Shown piece after piece: positions 33,436 through 42,310 of a stretch of 64,000 bases of DNA. Source of the stretch: Gammaproteobacteria bacterium. Its GTDB lineage: Bacteria; Pseudomonadota; Gammaproteobacteria; Xanthomonadales; SZUA-36. Under the pieces are notes generated by a model. That model was given only the letters and a program-made list of their open reading frames with translations. It was not told the DNA's origin and searched no databases. The stretch is taken from NCBI GenBank assembly GCA_030426265.1, contig JAUHYP010000013.1, positions 3,817-67,816 of the forward strand, written 5' to 3'. The stretch's first letter is position 1; each line of letters opens with the position of its first letter. Position numbers and translations under genes: made by a program.

Positions 33436-34122
33436 TCAGCCCAGGGAACCCCAGGTCGCCGGTCCCACGATCCCGTCCGGCTTCAGCCCCTTGTCCACCT
33501 GGTAGGCGATCACCGCTTCGAAGGTGCCGCGGCCGAAGATGCCGTCCTCCAGCAGGTTTGCGCCGTGCCGGTTCAGCAGGATCTGCAGGATCATCACGGC
33601 GTCACCGCGGTCGGTCAGGCGCAGCACCGGTCGCTCGAGTTCCGGGGACACGGGGTCTTCGCGGTCCGTGATGGGTGGCTGCGTCATCGAGCCGTCCTCG
33701 CTCAGGCCCAGCACGCGGGCGAAATCGAACACGGGGCAGGACTTGCTCGAGACTTCCCGGTGCCCGTGAAAGGTCACCTGCGACTCGTAGGCCGCGTCGA
33801 TCTCCTTGCACAACTTCACCAGGGCATTGAACTGGTGCCCGGTGAACCGGTGGTTCTCCAGCCCGTGCACGCAAATCGCGATGGTGCGGGTGTTGTGGCC
33901 GGCCTGGGCGGCCGGAGTTTCCTCCAGCGGGCGGCCTTCTTCCAGCCGGCCGGTCTTGCGGATGAAGTAGTGATAGCCAATGTCCCGCCAGCCGCGGCCC
34001 TGCGGTTTGGGGTCGGTATGCCAGCGACGCATGACATCGACGTCGTCGTGATGGGGGTGGTCACTGGCACTGCAGTGGATGAACACGCGCTCGACGGTTC
34101 GCTGGGGCTTTTGAAAAGGCAT
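33436..34122 (-). CDS. N-acetylmuramoyl-L-alanine amidase (Amidase_2 fold) with C-terminal peptidoglycan-binding domain
   Basis: N-terminal VFIHCSASDH, GWRDIGYHYFI and SCP strings are typical of the T7-lysozyme/AmpD fold. The C-terminal PG_binding_1-like string is GDAVMILQILLNRHGANLLEDGIFGRGTFEAVIAYQVDKGLKPDGIVGPATWGSL. No signal peptide is evident. Confidence 0.8.
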   Translation of the reverse strand: MPFQKPQRTVERVFIHCSASDHPHHDDVDVMRRWHTDPKPQGRGWRDIGYHYFIRKTGRLEEGRPLEETPAAQAGHNTRTIAICVHGLENHRFTGHQFNALVKLCKEIDAAYESQVTFHGHREVSSKSCPVFDFARVLGLSEDGSMTQPPITDREDPVSPELERPVLRLTDRGDAVMILQILLNRHGANLLEDGIFGRGTFEAVIAYQVDKGLKPDGIVGPATWGSLG

Positions 34123-34256
34123 GGTCTGCGCCTCCCGGTGCTTGCACCCTCACCCCAAGCGTAGCAACTGGCGCGGGATTCGCTCGCCGGGGAGTTCCTG
34201 CGTGTCGGTTCTGACTCGGCGCCGGGCGGCAGCTTTCGCTGCGCTGCCTATACTCA

Positions 34257-36062
34257 ATGAACGCCGATCATGGAGTGAACGGCCTTGAGACGATGCCAGT
34301 TCCCGCCACCCGGGCCGACGATAGGTCGCGCCTTCCTTCCCATGCTGCTCCTGTGACGAGGCTCTCCAAACCTGCGGGCGAGATTCGTGATCGCTACGAC
34401 GTGGTCGTGGTCGGGTCCGGCTATGGCGGCGGCGTGGCGGCCTGCCGGCTGGCCGCGGCCGGACGGCGCGTGTGCGTGCTGGAAAGGGGACGGGAACTGC
34501 AGCCTGGCGACTACCCGAACGACACGCGTTCCATGGCCAGGGAGGTCCAGGTCGACACGGGGCTCGGCCACTTCGGCTCCGAGTCCGCGATGTTTGACCT
34601 GCGCGCCTACGAGGACCTCAACGTGGCGATGGGCTGTGGCCTGGGTGGGACGTCCCTGATCAATGCCGGGCTGTGCCTGCGGCCCGATCCCCGCACCTTC
34701 GAAGACCCCCGCTGGCCCGATGAACTGGGGGAACCGGGCGTTCTGGACTCGTACTTTCAACGCGCGGAGGCGGTGCTCCAGCCGGCGCCGTGGCCTGAGG
34801 CCTTCGGCCAACCCGCCAAGCTCGGGGCCCTGGAGCGCATCGCCCGCGAGCTGAACGCGCCCATCAGCCGGGTGCCCATGGCTGTCAACTTCGAGGCGCT
34901 GCCGGACGGGCTCAACCGGGCGGGCGTGGCGCAGCAGCCCTGCGTCGGCTGTGGCGACTGCCTCACGGGTTGCAACTACGCCGCCAAGAACACCGTGTTG
35001 ATGAACTACCTGCCCCAGGCGCGACGGCACGGCGCGGAACTGTTCACCGGGGCTAAGGTGGCCCATGTCGAGCAGTCCAGCGCAGGCTGGCGCGTGTGGT
35101 TCCAGGTGGCCGGGCCGGATGGAAAGCACTTTTCGGATGACCTGCGCAGCGTCATCGCCGACACCGTCGTGCTCTCGGCCGGCGCCCTGGGCAGCACGGA
35201 AATCCTGTTGCGCTCGCGAACGTCCGGGCTCGCGCTCTCACCGGCGCTCGGCCACCATGTCTCCGGCAACGGCGACACGGTGGGCCTGGTCTACAACGCC
35301 GATGTGCCCATCCACGGCATCGGCCATGGCAAACGGCCGGCGGAGGGCCGCAAGCGCGTGGGCGCCTGTTCCACCGGCATCATCGACGGGCGTATCGGGA
35401 CGGCGCTCGAAGACGGCTGGGTCCTGATCGATGGCGCCATTCCGGGCGCCCTCGGCAAGTGGTTGCCAGCAATGGTTGGTGTGCTCGACCTGTTCACCGG
35501 CCGCGACACCGATACCGGATTCGGGGATCACTTCCGCGAGCGGCGCCGGGCCTGGCAGAGCAAGCTGTTCGGCCCCTATACCGGCGCCGTGAACCACACC
35601 CAGGCCTGCCTGATGGTGACGCAGGACGACGCCAGCGGTGAACTGCGCATGGAGGGCGACCGCCTGGTGCTGCACTGGCCGGATGTGGGCCGCCAGGCGC
35701 CATTCCGCAATGCCGATGCCACCATGCACGAGGCCGCCCGGGCGCTGGGCGGCACCTATGTCCCCAACCCCGTCTGGCACGAACTGCTCGGGCGCAAGCT
35801 CATCACCGGCCACCCACTGGGTGGCAGCGCCATGGCCAACGATGCCCGCGACGGCGTGGTGAACCATCTCGGGCAGGTCTTCAGCGAAGCGACCGGGACC
35901 GCCGTGCACCAGGGCCTTTTCGTCATGGACGGAGCAGTGGTGCCGAGGTCGCTGGGCGTCAATCCACTGATGGCCATCACGGCACTGGCGGAGCGGAGTG
36001 TGGACCACCTGATTCATGCCAGTGACGCGTCCAGGCTGGCAATCGCTCAGGGCCTTCGCTAA
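34257..36062 (+). CDS. GMC-family FAD oxidoreductase (cholesterol-oxidase-like)
   Basis: Rossmann motif YDVVVVGSGYGGGVAACRLA. The C-terminal GMC region reads ITGHPLGGSAM ... LFVMDGAVVPRSLGVNP. The exact start is uncertain. Confidence 0.85.
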   Translation: MNADHGVNGLETMPVPATRADDRSRLPSHAAPVTRLSKPAGEIRDRYDVVVVGSGYGGGVAACRLAAAGRRVCVLERGRELQPGDYPNDTRSMAREVQVDTGLGHFGSESAMFDLRAYEDLNVAMGCGLGGTSLINAGLCLRPDPRTFEDPRWPDELGEPGVLDSYFQRAEAVLQPAPWPEAFGQPAKLGALERIARELNAPISRVPMAVNFEALPDGLNRAGVAQQPCVGCGDCLTGCNYAAKNTVLMNYLPQARRHGAELFTGAKVAHVEQSSAGWRVWFQVAGPDGKHFSDDLRSVIADTVVLSAGALGSTEILLRSRTSGLALSPALGHHVSGNGDTVGLVYNADVPIHGIGHGKRPAEGRKRVGACSTGIIDGRIGTALEDGWVLIDGAIPGALGKWLPAMVGVLDLFTGRDTDTGFGDHFRERRRAWQSKLFGPYTGAVNHTQACLMVTQDDASGELRMEGDRLVLHWPDVGRQAPFRNADATMHEAARALGGTYVPNPVWHELLGRKLITGHPLGGSAMANDARDGVVNHLGQVFSEATGTAVHQGLFVMDGAVVPRSLGVNPLMAITALAERSVDHLIHASDASRLAIAQGLR

Positions 36063-36152
36063 CCTACGCCACCCCCGAACAGGCACCCGGCGCGATATTC
36101 GCGTTCAACCGAATCCAACTTTGATCTCGATTTCATCCTGGAACAGGGTGAC

Positions 36153-37115
36153 ATGCCCAGGAGCACATCAGCACCCATGAACCGGTTGATACGCATCCTC
36201 AAATGGTTCCTGCTCCTGGTGATTGGGCTGGTGCTGCTCCTGGTGGCCTACGCCTTCCTTGCACCCATTCCCGAAAGGCCGGACATCAATGTGGCGACGC
36301 TGCGCGAGGAAGTGACCCAGCCCTACCACCTGTTGGAAACTTCGGACGGTGAAACCCTGTTCATTCGTCGCTGGGATCCGGTGGTTCGCCCTGCCAGGCG
36401 GGATGTGGCCGTACTCATCCTCCACGGGATCACGGCCCACAGTGGAGCCTACGATTTCATGGCCGAGCCGCTGGCCGCGGCGGGATACACCACGTTCGGG
36501 CTGGACTACCGGGGGCACGGCCTATCCGGGGGTACGCGTGGGGACAGCCCGGGCAAGGATCGCTCCCAGGCCGACCGCGTGGAGGCGCTGCGCTTCATCG
36601 AGAACCTCGGATTCTCAAAGGTCGTCGTGCTGGGCCACAGCCTGGGCGTGGCTTCGGCCATCTATCTGGCCAAGGAAGTCCCCGGGGACATCGCTGGACT
36701 CGTCCTGCTTTCCGGCGCATACCAGAGCAAACTGCCGCCCCGGAAATTCGGGTTTTTCGAGCGCCTGACCATTCTGACGAATGCCGTGCTCCGCCCGGGC
36801 AGGGCGGTGATCGAATATCAGCGCGAAGGCCATGTGAAAAGCAAGGACCCCCTGTTCACCTATGCCTACACGCTGCGCTTCGTGACCATGCTGGACATGG
36901 ATGAACTGGTATTTGACACAGCACCTCCTTATCCGGTCCTCGTCGGAATGGGTGACCAGGATGAACTGTTCAGCGTGGCGGCGGCCCGAGAGCTCTACGA
37001 GCGAATCCCGGGAGAGGACAAGGACTTCTGGGTGATGAAGGGGGCCTTGCACGCCACCTTCCCGCCAGACACCTGGTTGGAGTTGGTGGCCTGGCTGGAT
37101 GCGCAGGGCTTCTGA
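36153..37115 (+). CDS. alpha/beta hydrolase (lysophospholipase / monoacylglycerol-lipase-like), membrane-anchored
   Basis: N-terminal TM helix, LILHGITAHSG, and nucleophile elbow VVVLGHSLGV. Confidence 0.85.
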   Translation: MPRSTSAPMNRLIRILKWFLLLVIGLVLLLVAYAFLAPIPERPDINVATLREEVTQPYHLLETSDGETLFIRRWDPVVRPARRDVAVLILHGITAHSGAYDFMAEPLAAAGYTTFGLDYRGHGLSGGTRGDSPGKDRSQADRVEALRFIENLGFSKVVVLGHSLGVASAIYLAKEVPGDIAGLVLLSGAYQSKLPPRKFGFFERLTILTNAVLRPGRAVIEYQREGHVKSKDPLFTYAYTLRFVTMLDMDELVFDTAPPYPVLVGMGDQDELFSVAAARELYERIPGEDKDFWVMKGALHATFPPDTWLELVAWLDAQGF

Positions 37116-37130
37116 GCGGGGGGCTGTTCC

Positions 37131-38801
37131 CTAGTCGCCGCCAGGCGGCGGAACCGGATCACCGATCCCGGCCCGAAGACCCCAAGGCTGGTTGCCTGAG
37201 CGTCGCTGCCGCTGCATGACCTCCTCGTGCAATTCGAACATGCCCGGCATGACCTGGGGTGAGACGACGGGCGTTGCCTCGAATCGCATCCAGGGCCGCT
37301 CCGGCGCGTATTGCGGCCAGTCCGGGTGCCCCGGGGCCGTCGGAGCGCCATCGCGTGCAAACGAGGTCCAGTAGGCCAGCATGGCCTGCGACAGGGCCTT
37401 TTCGACCGGGCCTTCCGGCGCAGGCCAGTTCGGTGTCAGCGGCGAGCCCTTGTCGACATGACCGAAGATGAAAGGCAGTTCCGCCGCGTGAAAGGCATGC
37501 AGCTGTCGGTCGAGCGCGGCGGGGTAGGTGTGCTCGAACAGGTAGGTGTAGGAAGGCTGGCCGGCGTCGGCCATGCTCCGGGCCACGCGCTCGGCGCTCC
37601 ATCCCATCGACACGTCACGTGCCGCGGCCATCATGCTGGCCCTGACGTCTTCGCCCGGGTACAGCGCCAGGTAGGCGGAGGCGAGATCGCCGTAAATGCG
37701 GCGAACGCCGCTTTCGTAGGCTTCGGCCGATGGGGGCAAGGCCGGCATGAGGCCCATCAGCGTCTCCATCTCGTCGCGGTTGAAGCCGACCATCGTGGGG
37801 ACCTTTGCCTGTTCCCCGTGATCGAACACTTCCACCAGTTGCCGTTTCAATACGTGGCCATCGACCGTGCCCTTGAGAAACAGGCGGCTGCGCAAGGCCG
37901 CGCCGGTCACGGCGTGTCCGTCCATGGCGCGCAAGGCGCCGAGGTCGTCCGTACCGGTGGCCTGGAGCAGTCGCGACCCTTGGGACTCGGCGGAGGGCAG
38001 ACCGTGCCGCGCCGCATCCAGCTCGGGAATGGCGTAAATGGCGAAGCTCTGCGCGATGGCCTTGTGAAACAGCCCCTTCGCCAGGGGCGTCGCCAGCAGG
38101 TAGGCGACGCTCATCCCGCCCGCCGACTCGCCCATGATGGTCACGTTGGCGGGGTCGCCGCCGAAGGCAGCGATGTTGTCCCGAACCCACGCCAGGGCCT
38201 GGACCTGGTCCAGCAGGCCGTAGTTTCCGGAGACCTGGTCCGGCGACTCGGCGCTCAGCTCAGGCAGGGCCAGCCACCCCAGGGCGCCGAGCCGGTAGTT
38301 GATGGTCACGAACACGACACCCTGCTCCGCGAAGTGCGTGCCGTCGTAGTAGGGGTCGCCACCGCTGCCGCGCACAAGGCTGCCCCCGTGGATGAAGACG
38401 ATGACCGGCGCACCCCGTGCTTCGGCGGGCGACCAGATGTTCAGGAACAGGCAGTCTTCGCTGGTCGGCGCCGGTGGAACGGCGAAGATGCTCTGTGCGG
38501 GCCAGGGAGGCTGGATGCAGCCTGCACCGAACTGCGTCGCATCGCGAACACCTGCCCAGGGTTCCGGGGCAGTGGGCGCCGTCCAGCGGAATTCGCCCAC
38601 AGGCGGCCGGGCGTAAGGAATCCCCTTGAAGACCCGTATCCCGCCGGGCCCGGCGGTTCCCTCGAGCGAACCCTGGGCGATACGGGCCAGGGCCATGTCC
38701 GGTGCGGCGTCTATGGGGGCAACGGGCGCGTCGCACTGTGCCGTCGGGACCAGGAAGAGGCCCCCGATCATCCACATCAAGCCTGCCAACATTCTGCTCA
38801 T
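37131..38801 (-). CDS. type-B carboxylesterase/lipase, secreted
   Basis: Signal peptide, then FKGIPYARPP, EDCLFLNIW and nucleophile elbow GESAGG. Confidence 0.85.
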   Translation of the reverse strand: MSRMLAGLMWMIGGLFLVPTAQCDAPVAPIDAAPDMALARIAQGSLEGTAGPGGIRVFKGIPYARPPVGEFRWTAPTAPEPWAGVRDATQFGAGCIQPPWPAQSIFAVPPAPTSEDCLFLNIWSPAEARGAPVIVFIHGGSLVRGSGGDPYYDGTHFAEQGVVFVTINYRLGALGWLALPELSAESPDQVSGNYGLLDQVQALAWVRDNIAAFGGDPANVTIMGESAGGMSVAYLLATPLAKGLFHKAIAQSFAIYAIPELDAARHGLPSAESQGSRLLQATGTDDLGALRAMDGHAVTGAALRSRLFLKGTVDGHVLKRQLVEVFDHGEQAKVPTMVGFNRDEMETLMGLMPALPPSAEAYESGVRRIYGDLASAYLALYPGEDVRASMMAAARDVSMGWSAERVARSMADAGQPSYTYLFEHTYPAALDRQLHAFHAAELPFIFGHVDKGSPLTPNWPAPEGPVEKALSQAMLAYWTSFARDGAPTAPGHPDWPQYAPERPWMRFEATPVVSPQVMPGMFELHEEVMQRQRRSGNQPWGLRAGIGDPVPPPGGD

Positions 38802-38858
38802 GGTGAAGTCCTTCGGGTGTACCAGGCGGACACGCGCCTACTCTGCCAGCCCGGTCGG

Positions 38859-40439
38859 CTAGTGTGCAGGCGCATGGTTGGGTGGAACATAGGTGGACGT
38901 TTCGTCGTAGCGATCCCGCCAGTCTTCCGGTGGCAGCGGCAGGGCCCGGCTGTCCTCCGCCCGCGCCGGGGTGAAGGCCGCGCGGGGCTCGTCGGATCGC
39001 AGCTGCTCCAGCCAGAACACGCCATCGAGGGATCCACTGTTGCCACGCGTGGCGACGAAGTCGATGTCGCCGTCCCCGTCGATGTCGCGGGGGATGAACA
39101 GGTCGACCATGCCGCGCACGCGACGTGAAACGTCGTGGCGATTCCAGGCGACGCCAGGGATGCCGGGGTTTTCGAACCACGCGATGCGCCCGACGGTGGA
39201 GGCCGCCGTGACGCGGGGGTCGTCATGGTCCCGCGAGGCGCCGGAATACGCACCGGTCAGGATGTTCAGGCCCGAGTAGCCGCCCGTCATCACGTCCGGG
39301 TCGCCGTCGCCGTCGATGTCGGCGACCGCCAGGCCGACGACGACATCGGGGAGCGTATCGCCGATCCGGAAATAGACCCAGGGCTGGTCCAGGCGATGGG
39401 GCTGGCGCAGCCAGCCAACCGCCAGATCATCCCGCCGTTCGGTGCCGTCCCCGGACGTTTCGGTGACACCGACGACGAGGTCCGGGCGTCCGTCAGCGTC
39501 CAGGTCGGCGAACACCGACTGGATGGCCCCCGACGAGGCCTGCCGATCTGCTTCCGACGTGACGCCGGGAACGACCTTGATGGGGTGGGGCTGCAGGCTC
39601 AACCCGTCGCCGGTGTCCAGGCCCAGGACTTCCAGCATCGTCATCCGCCGTTCCAGCCGGTCGGCCGTGAAGATGTCTTGGTCGCCGTCACCGTCGATGT
39701 CTACGGGCATCGCGGTATTGGGCACCCCGGTGCGGAACAGGACTTCCTCGCGCCAGGCGTCCGGCTGCAATGGGTCCCCGTCGATGCGGAACAGCGAAAC
39801 CGCGCGGCCGGTGGAGTGATCCGCGTCCGGGTCGATGATGTCCGCCGCGCCCTTGTTTGGCGCCACCACGTCCAACCGGCCATCCTGGTCAAGGTCCGTG
39901 ATGAAGACGCGCAGCCAGGAGCCACGATCCTGCGTGATCGGCAGTACTAGGCGCGGCCAGCGCACGGACCGTTCCCCTTGCCCCGGGTTCTGGAAATACA
40001 CGAGGTGCGCGTCCTCGCAGGCGCCGACCAGGTCTGGCCAGCCGTCACCATTCAAGTCGCCGATGGCGACGTCCTCGATGGCGCCGACGACGCTGCCTTC
40101 GCCCACAGTGACCCGATCCATGAATTCCGATGTTCCCGTCCCGAAGGCGATTCGGAGGTGGTTCGAATCCTCGTGGACCGAGACAATGTCCTCGAAACCA
40201 TCCAGGTCGATGTCGGCCATGGCAAGCCCGTCGCCGCCGCGGATCGCCGTCCCGCCATTGAGTGCTTCATCATCGATCCGGTGCTCCACCCAGGAAATGG
40301 TCCGTCCGTCCGGCGTACGCGCCTTGCTGGCCGTTTCCGCGACGGTCAGGGGTTCGTTCGGGCGCAGCCCGGCGTCCGCCTCTGCGAACGACATGGCAGA
40401 TGGCGCGAGCACCAGGATGCAGGCGAGCGTGCGGATCAC
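38859..40439 (-). CDS. FG-GAP/VCBS-repeat (beta-propeller) protein, secreted
   Basis: Signal peptide. Seven Ca-binding-like D-x-D-x-D-G repeats are present: DIDLDGFEDI, DLNGDGWPDL, DLDQDGRLDV, DIDGDGDQDI, DLDADGRPDL, DIDGDGDPDV and DIDGDGDIDF. Confidence 0.8.
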   Translation of the reverse strand: MIRTLACILVLAPSAMSFAEADAGLRPNEPLTVAETASKARTPDGRTISWVEHRIDDEALNGGTAIRGGDGLAMADIDLDGFEDIVSVHEDSNHLRIAFGTGTSEFMDRVTVGEGSVVGAIEDVAIGDLNGDGWPDLVGACEDAHLVYFQNPGQGERSVRWPRLVLPITQDRGSWLRVFITDLDQDGRLDVVAPNKGAADIIDPDADHSTGRAVSLFRIDGDPLQPDAWREEVLFRTGVPNTAMPVDIDGDGDQDIFTADRLERRMTMLEVLGLDTGDGLSLQPHPIKVVPGVTSEADRQASSGAIQSVFADLDADGRPDLVVGVTETSGDGTERRDDLAVGWLRQPHRLDQPWVYFRIGDTLPDVVVGLAVADIDGDGDPDVMTGGYSGLNILTGAYSGASRDHDDPRVTAASTVGRIAWFENPGIPGVAWNRHDVSRRVRGMVDLFIPRDIDGDGDIDFVATRGNSGSLDGVFWLEQLRSDEPRAAFTPARAEDSRALPLPPEDWRDRYDETSTYVPPNHAPAH

Positions 40440-40455
40440 CGCGACGGCCCGTCCA

Positions 40456-41808
40456 TCAGGTGGACAGTTTCGCGATGTCCTCGCGCACGCTGCGGGCCGC
40501 GATCACGTAGTGCACGCAGGCCCAGACCGCCGCGATGACGCCGACCGTCAGCATGGCCTTGCCGAGCGGCCCTTCAACGCCGGAACGGGACAGGTGATCG
40601 CTCAGCATCCCGACACTGGTCGGGCCGAGCCCCATGCCGATGAGGTTGATGGCAAAGAACAGGATCGCCGACGTGAGCGCCCGCATCCGCAGGCCGACGA
40701 GGTTGTGCGAAACCGCCAGCACCGCGCCGAGATAGGCGGCGGTCAGGAAGTTGAGCGGGCCGACGAGCACCAGCCCCAAGACCATGGAATCGGTGCCGAG
40801 AATGGTGACCATGACCGGAATGGCGAGGGCCGTCAGCATGGCTGGCGCCCACAGGTACCAGCGCGCGTCCCGGGCGCCCAGGCGATCTGCGATCCAGCCA
40901 CCGAAGAAAGAGCCGAGCCCTCCGCCGAAACCCGTGGTCAGCGCCATCCAGGTACCTAGATGGCCGATGCCGATGTCGTGGGTGCGCAGAAAATAGGAAG
41001 GCAACCAGTTGCCGATCGCGTAAATGATGAAGGCCTGCAGGCTCGCCGCTATCGCGATGTGCCGAAAGGAGTTGCGCGACCACAGCAGCCGCGCCACTTC
41101 CATCAACGGCGGTGCTGGCGTCGCCTGCTGTGCCCGGCCTTCGGACCAACCGCGTTGCGGTTCGCGCACCGTCATCCGCAGCAGGATGGCCAACAGCACC
41201 CCCGGCGCGCCGACCACGAAAAAGGCCAGTCGCCAGCCAAAGTACTCCGTGATCCAGCCGCCAAGCAGGTAGCCGCCCAGGATCCCGATATAGATGCCGA
41301 CGGAGTAGATCGACAGGGCTGTCGCGCGGTGCTTGCGGTCGAAGATGTCGGAGATCATGGAGTGGGCCGGCGGGCTGCCACCGGCTTCACCGACACCGAC
41401 ACCCACCCGGGCCAGCAGGAGTTGGGTGTAGTTCTGCGCCAGCCCGCTGATGGCGGTCATGACGCTCCAGACCGTCAGGGCGAGCGCGATGATGCTGCGT
41501 CGTACGCCCTTGTCCGCCCACCGTGCGATCGGAATGCCGCAAACGACATAGAACAACGCGAAGGCGAAGCCGGTGAGCAGCCCGAGTTGCGTGTCCGAGA
41601 GACCGAGTTCGGCCTTGATGGGCTCCTGGAGAATGACCAGCAACTGCCGGTCGATGAAATTGAAGGCGTACACCACGACCAGTATCGCCAGCACGTAGTA
41701 GCGATAGAGGGCGGATTCGTAAGGTGTGGTCTCCGGTGCGGCGCCAGCGATTGCGTCGTTGGCGCGGTCCGTCGTACCGGCGTCCCCGGATTCGGTCGTT
41801 TCGCTCAT
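40456..41808 (-). CDS. MFS transporter
   Basis: ATG at 41808 (MSETTESGDAG). About 12 TM helices and a loop 2-3 motif GIPIARWADKGVRR. The track start at 41898 is TTG. Confidence 0.85.
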   Translation of the reverse strand: MSETTESGDAGTTDRANDAIAGAAPETTPYESALYRYYVLAILVVVYAFNFIDRQLLVILQEPIKAELGLSDTQLGLLTGFAFALFYVVCGIPIARWADKGVRRSIIALALTVWSVMTAISGLAQNYTQLLLARVGVGVGEAGGSPPAHSMISDIFDRKHRATALSIYSVGIYIGILGGYLLGGWITEYFGWRLAFFVVGAPGVLLAILLRMTVREPQRGWSEGRAQQATPAPPLMEVARLLWSRNSFRHIAIAASLQAFIIYAIGNWLPSYFLRTHDIGIGHLGTWMALTTGFGGGLGSFFGGWIADRLGARDARWYLWAPAMLTALAIPVMVTILGTDSMVLGLVLVGPLNFLTAAYLGAVLAVSHNLVGLRMRALTSAILFFAINLIGMGLGPTSVGMLSDHLSRSGVEGPLGKAMLTVGVIAAVWACVHYVIAARSVREDIAKLST

Positions 41809-42310
41809 GGTGGCACACGTCCTCTCTTGTGAATTGTTGTACAGCGTGGCCGACACAGCAGCGACACCCGGAGGATCAGCAAACGCTCCCGGAGCCAATT
41901 GGGGACGCTGCTCACGCCTGGTACGCCCGGGTTCGATGCACCCATGGCGCCCTCTGACACGATCTCAAACAAAAACTTGACGAGTCCAGACAATCATACA
42001 ATACTAATTCACACATTAATGAATATAAAACCAGAAGCACTTTGGGACGTCATGGCTCGTGAAGTTCGTTACTACAAAAGTGCTGTTGACGCCGGGCTTT
42101 TACTGCCTTGCGCAGGTCGTGCATGCACGGCCGTGTAACGGGGATACAACTGACCGCGTCGACCCCTTTGGCCTCTGGTTCGCAATCAACCCAGGAGAGA
42201 ACAGTCGCCCCATGCATCCGTGACGCCACGTCGGACCCAGGGTCGGACGACGGAGCGGGCTGTAGCGGCATTGCGATGACCTGGACCGGCAACCGGGAGG
42301 TTAGGCTCAC

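Noticed and set aside
41900-42310. A possible riboswitch (for example cobalamin or TPP) in the long leader of the second TonB-dependent receptor.
   Set aside because: I could not find a B12 box or other riboswitch core motif by eye. The region is kept only as an unusual leader in the findings.
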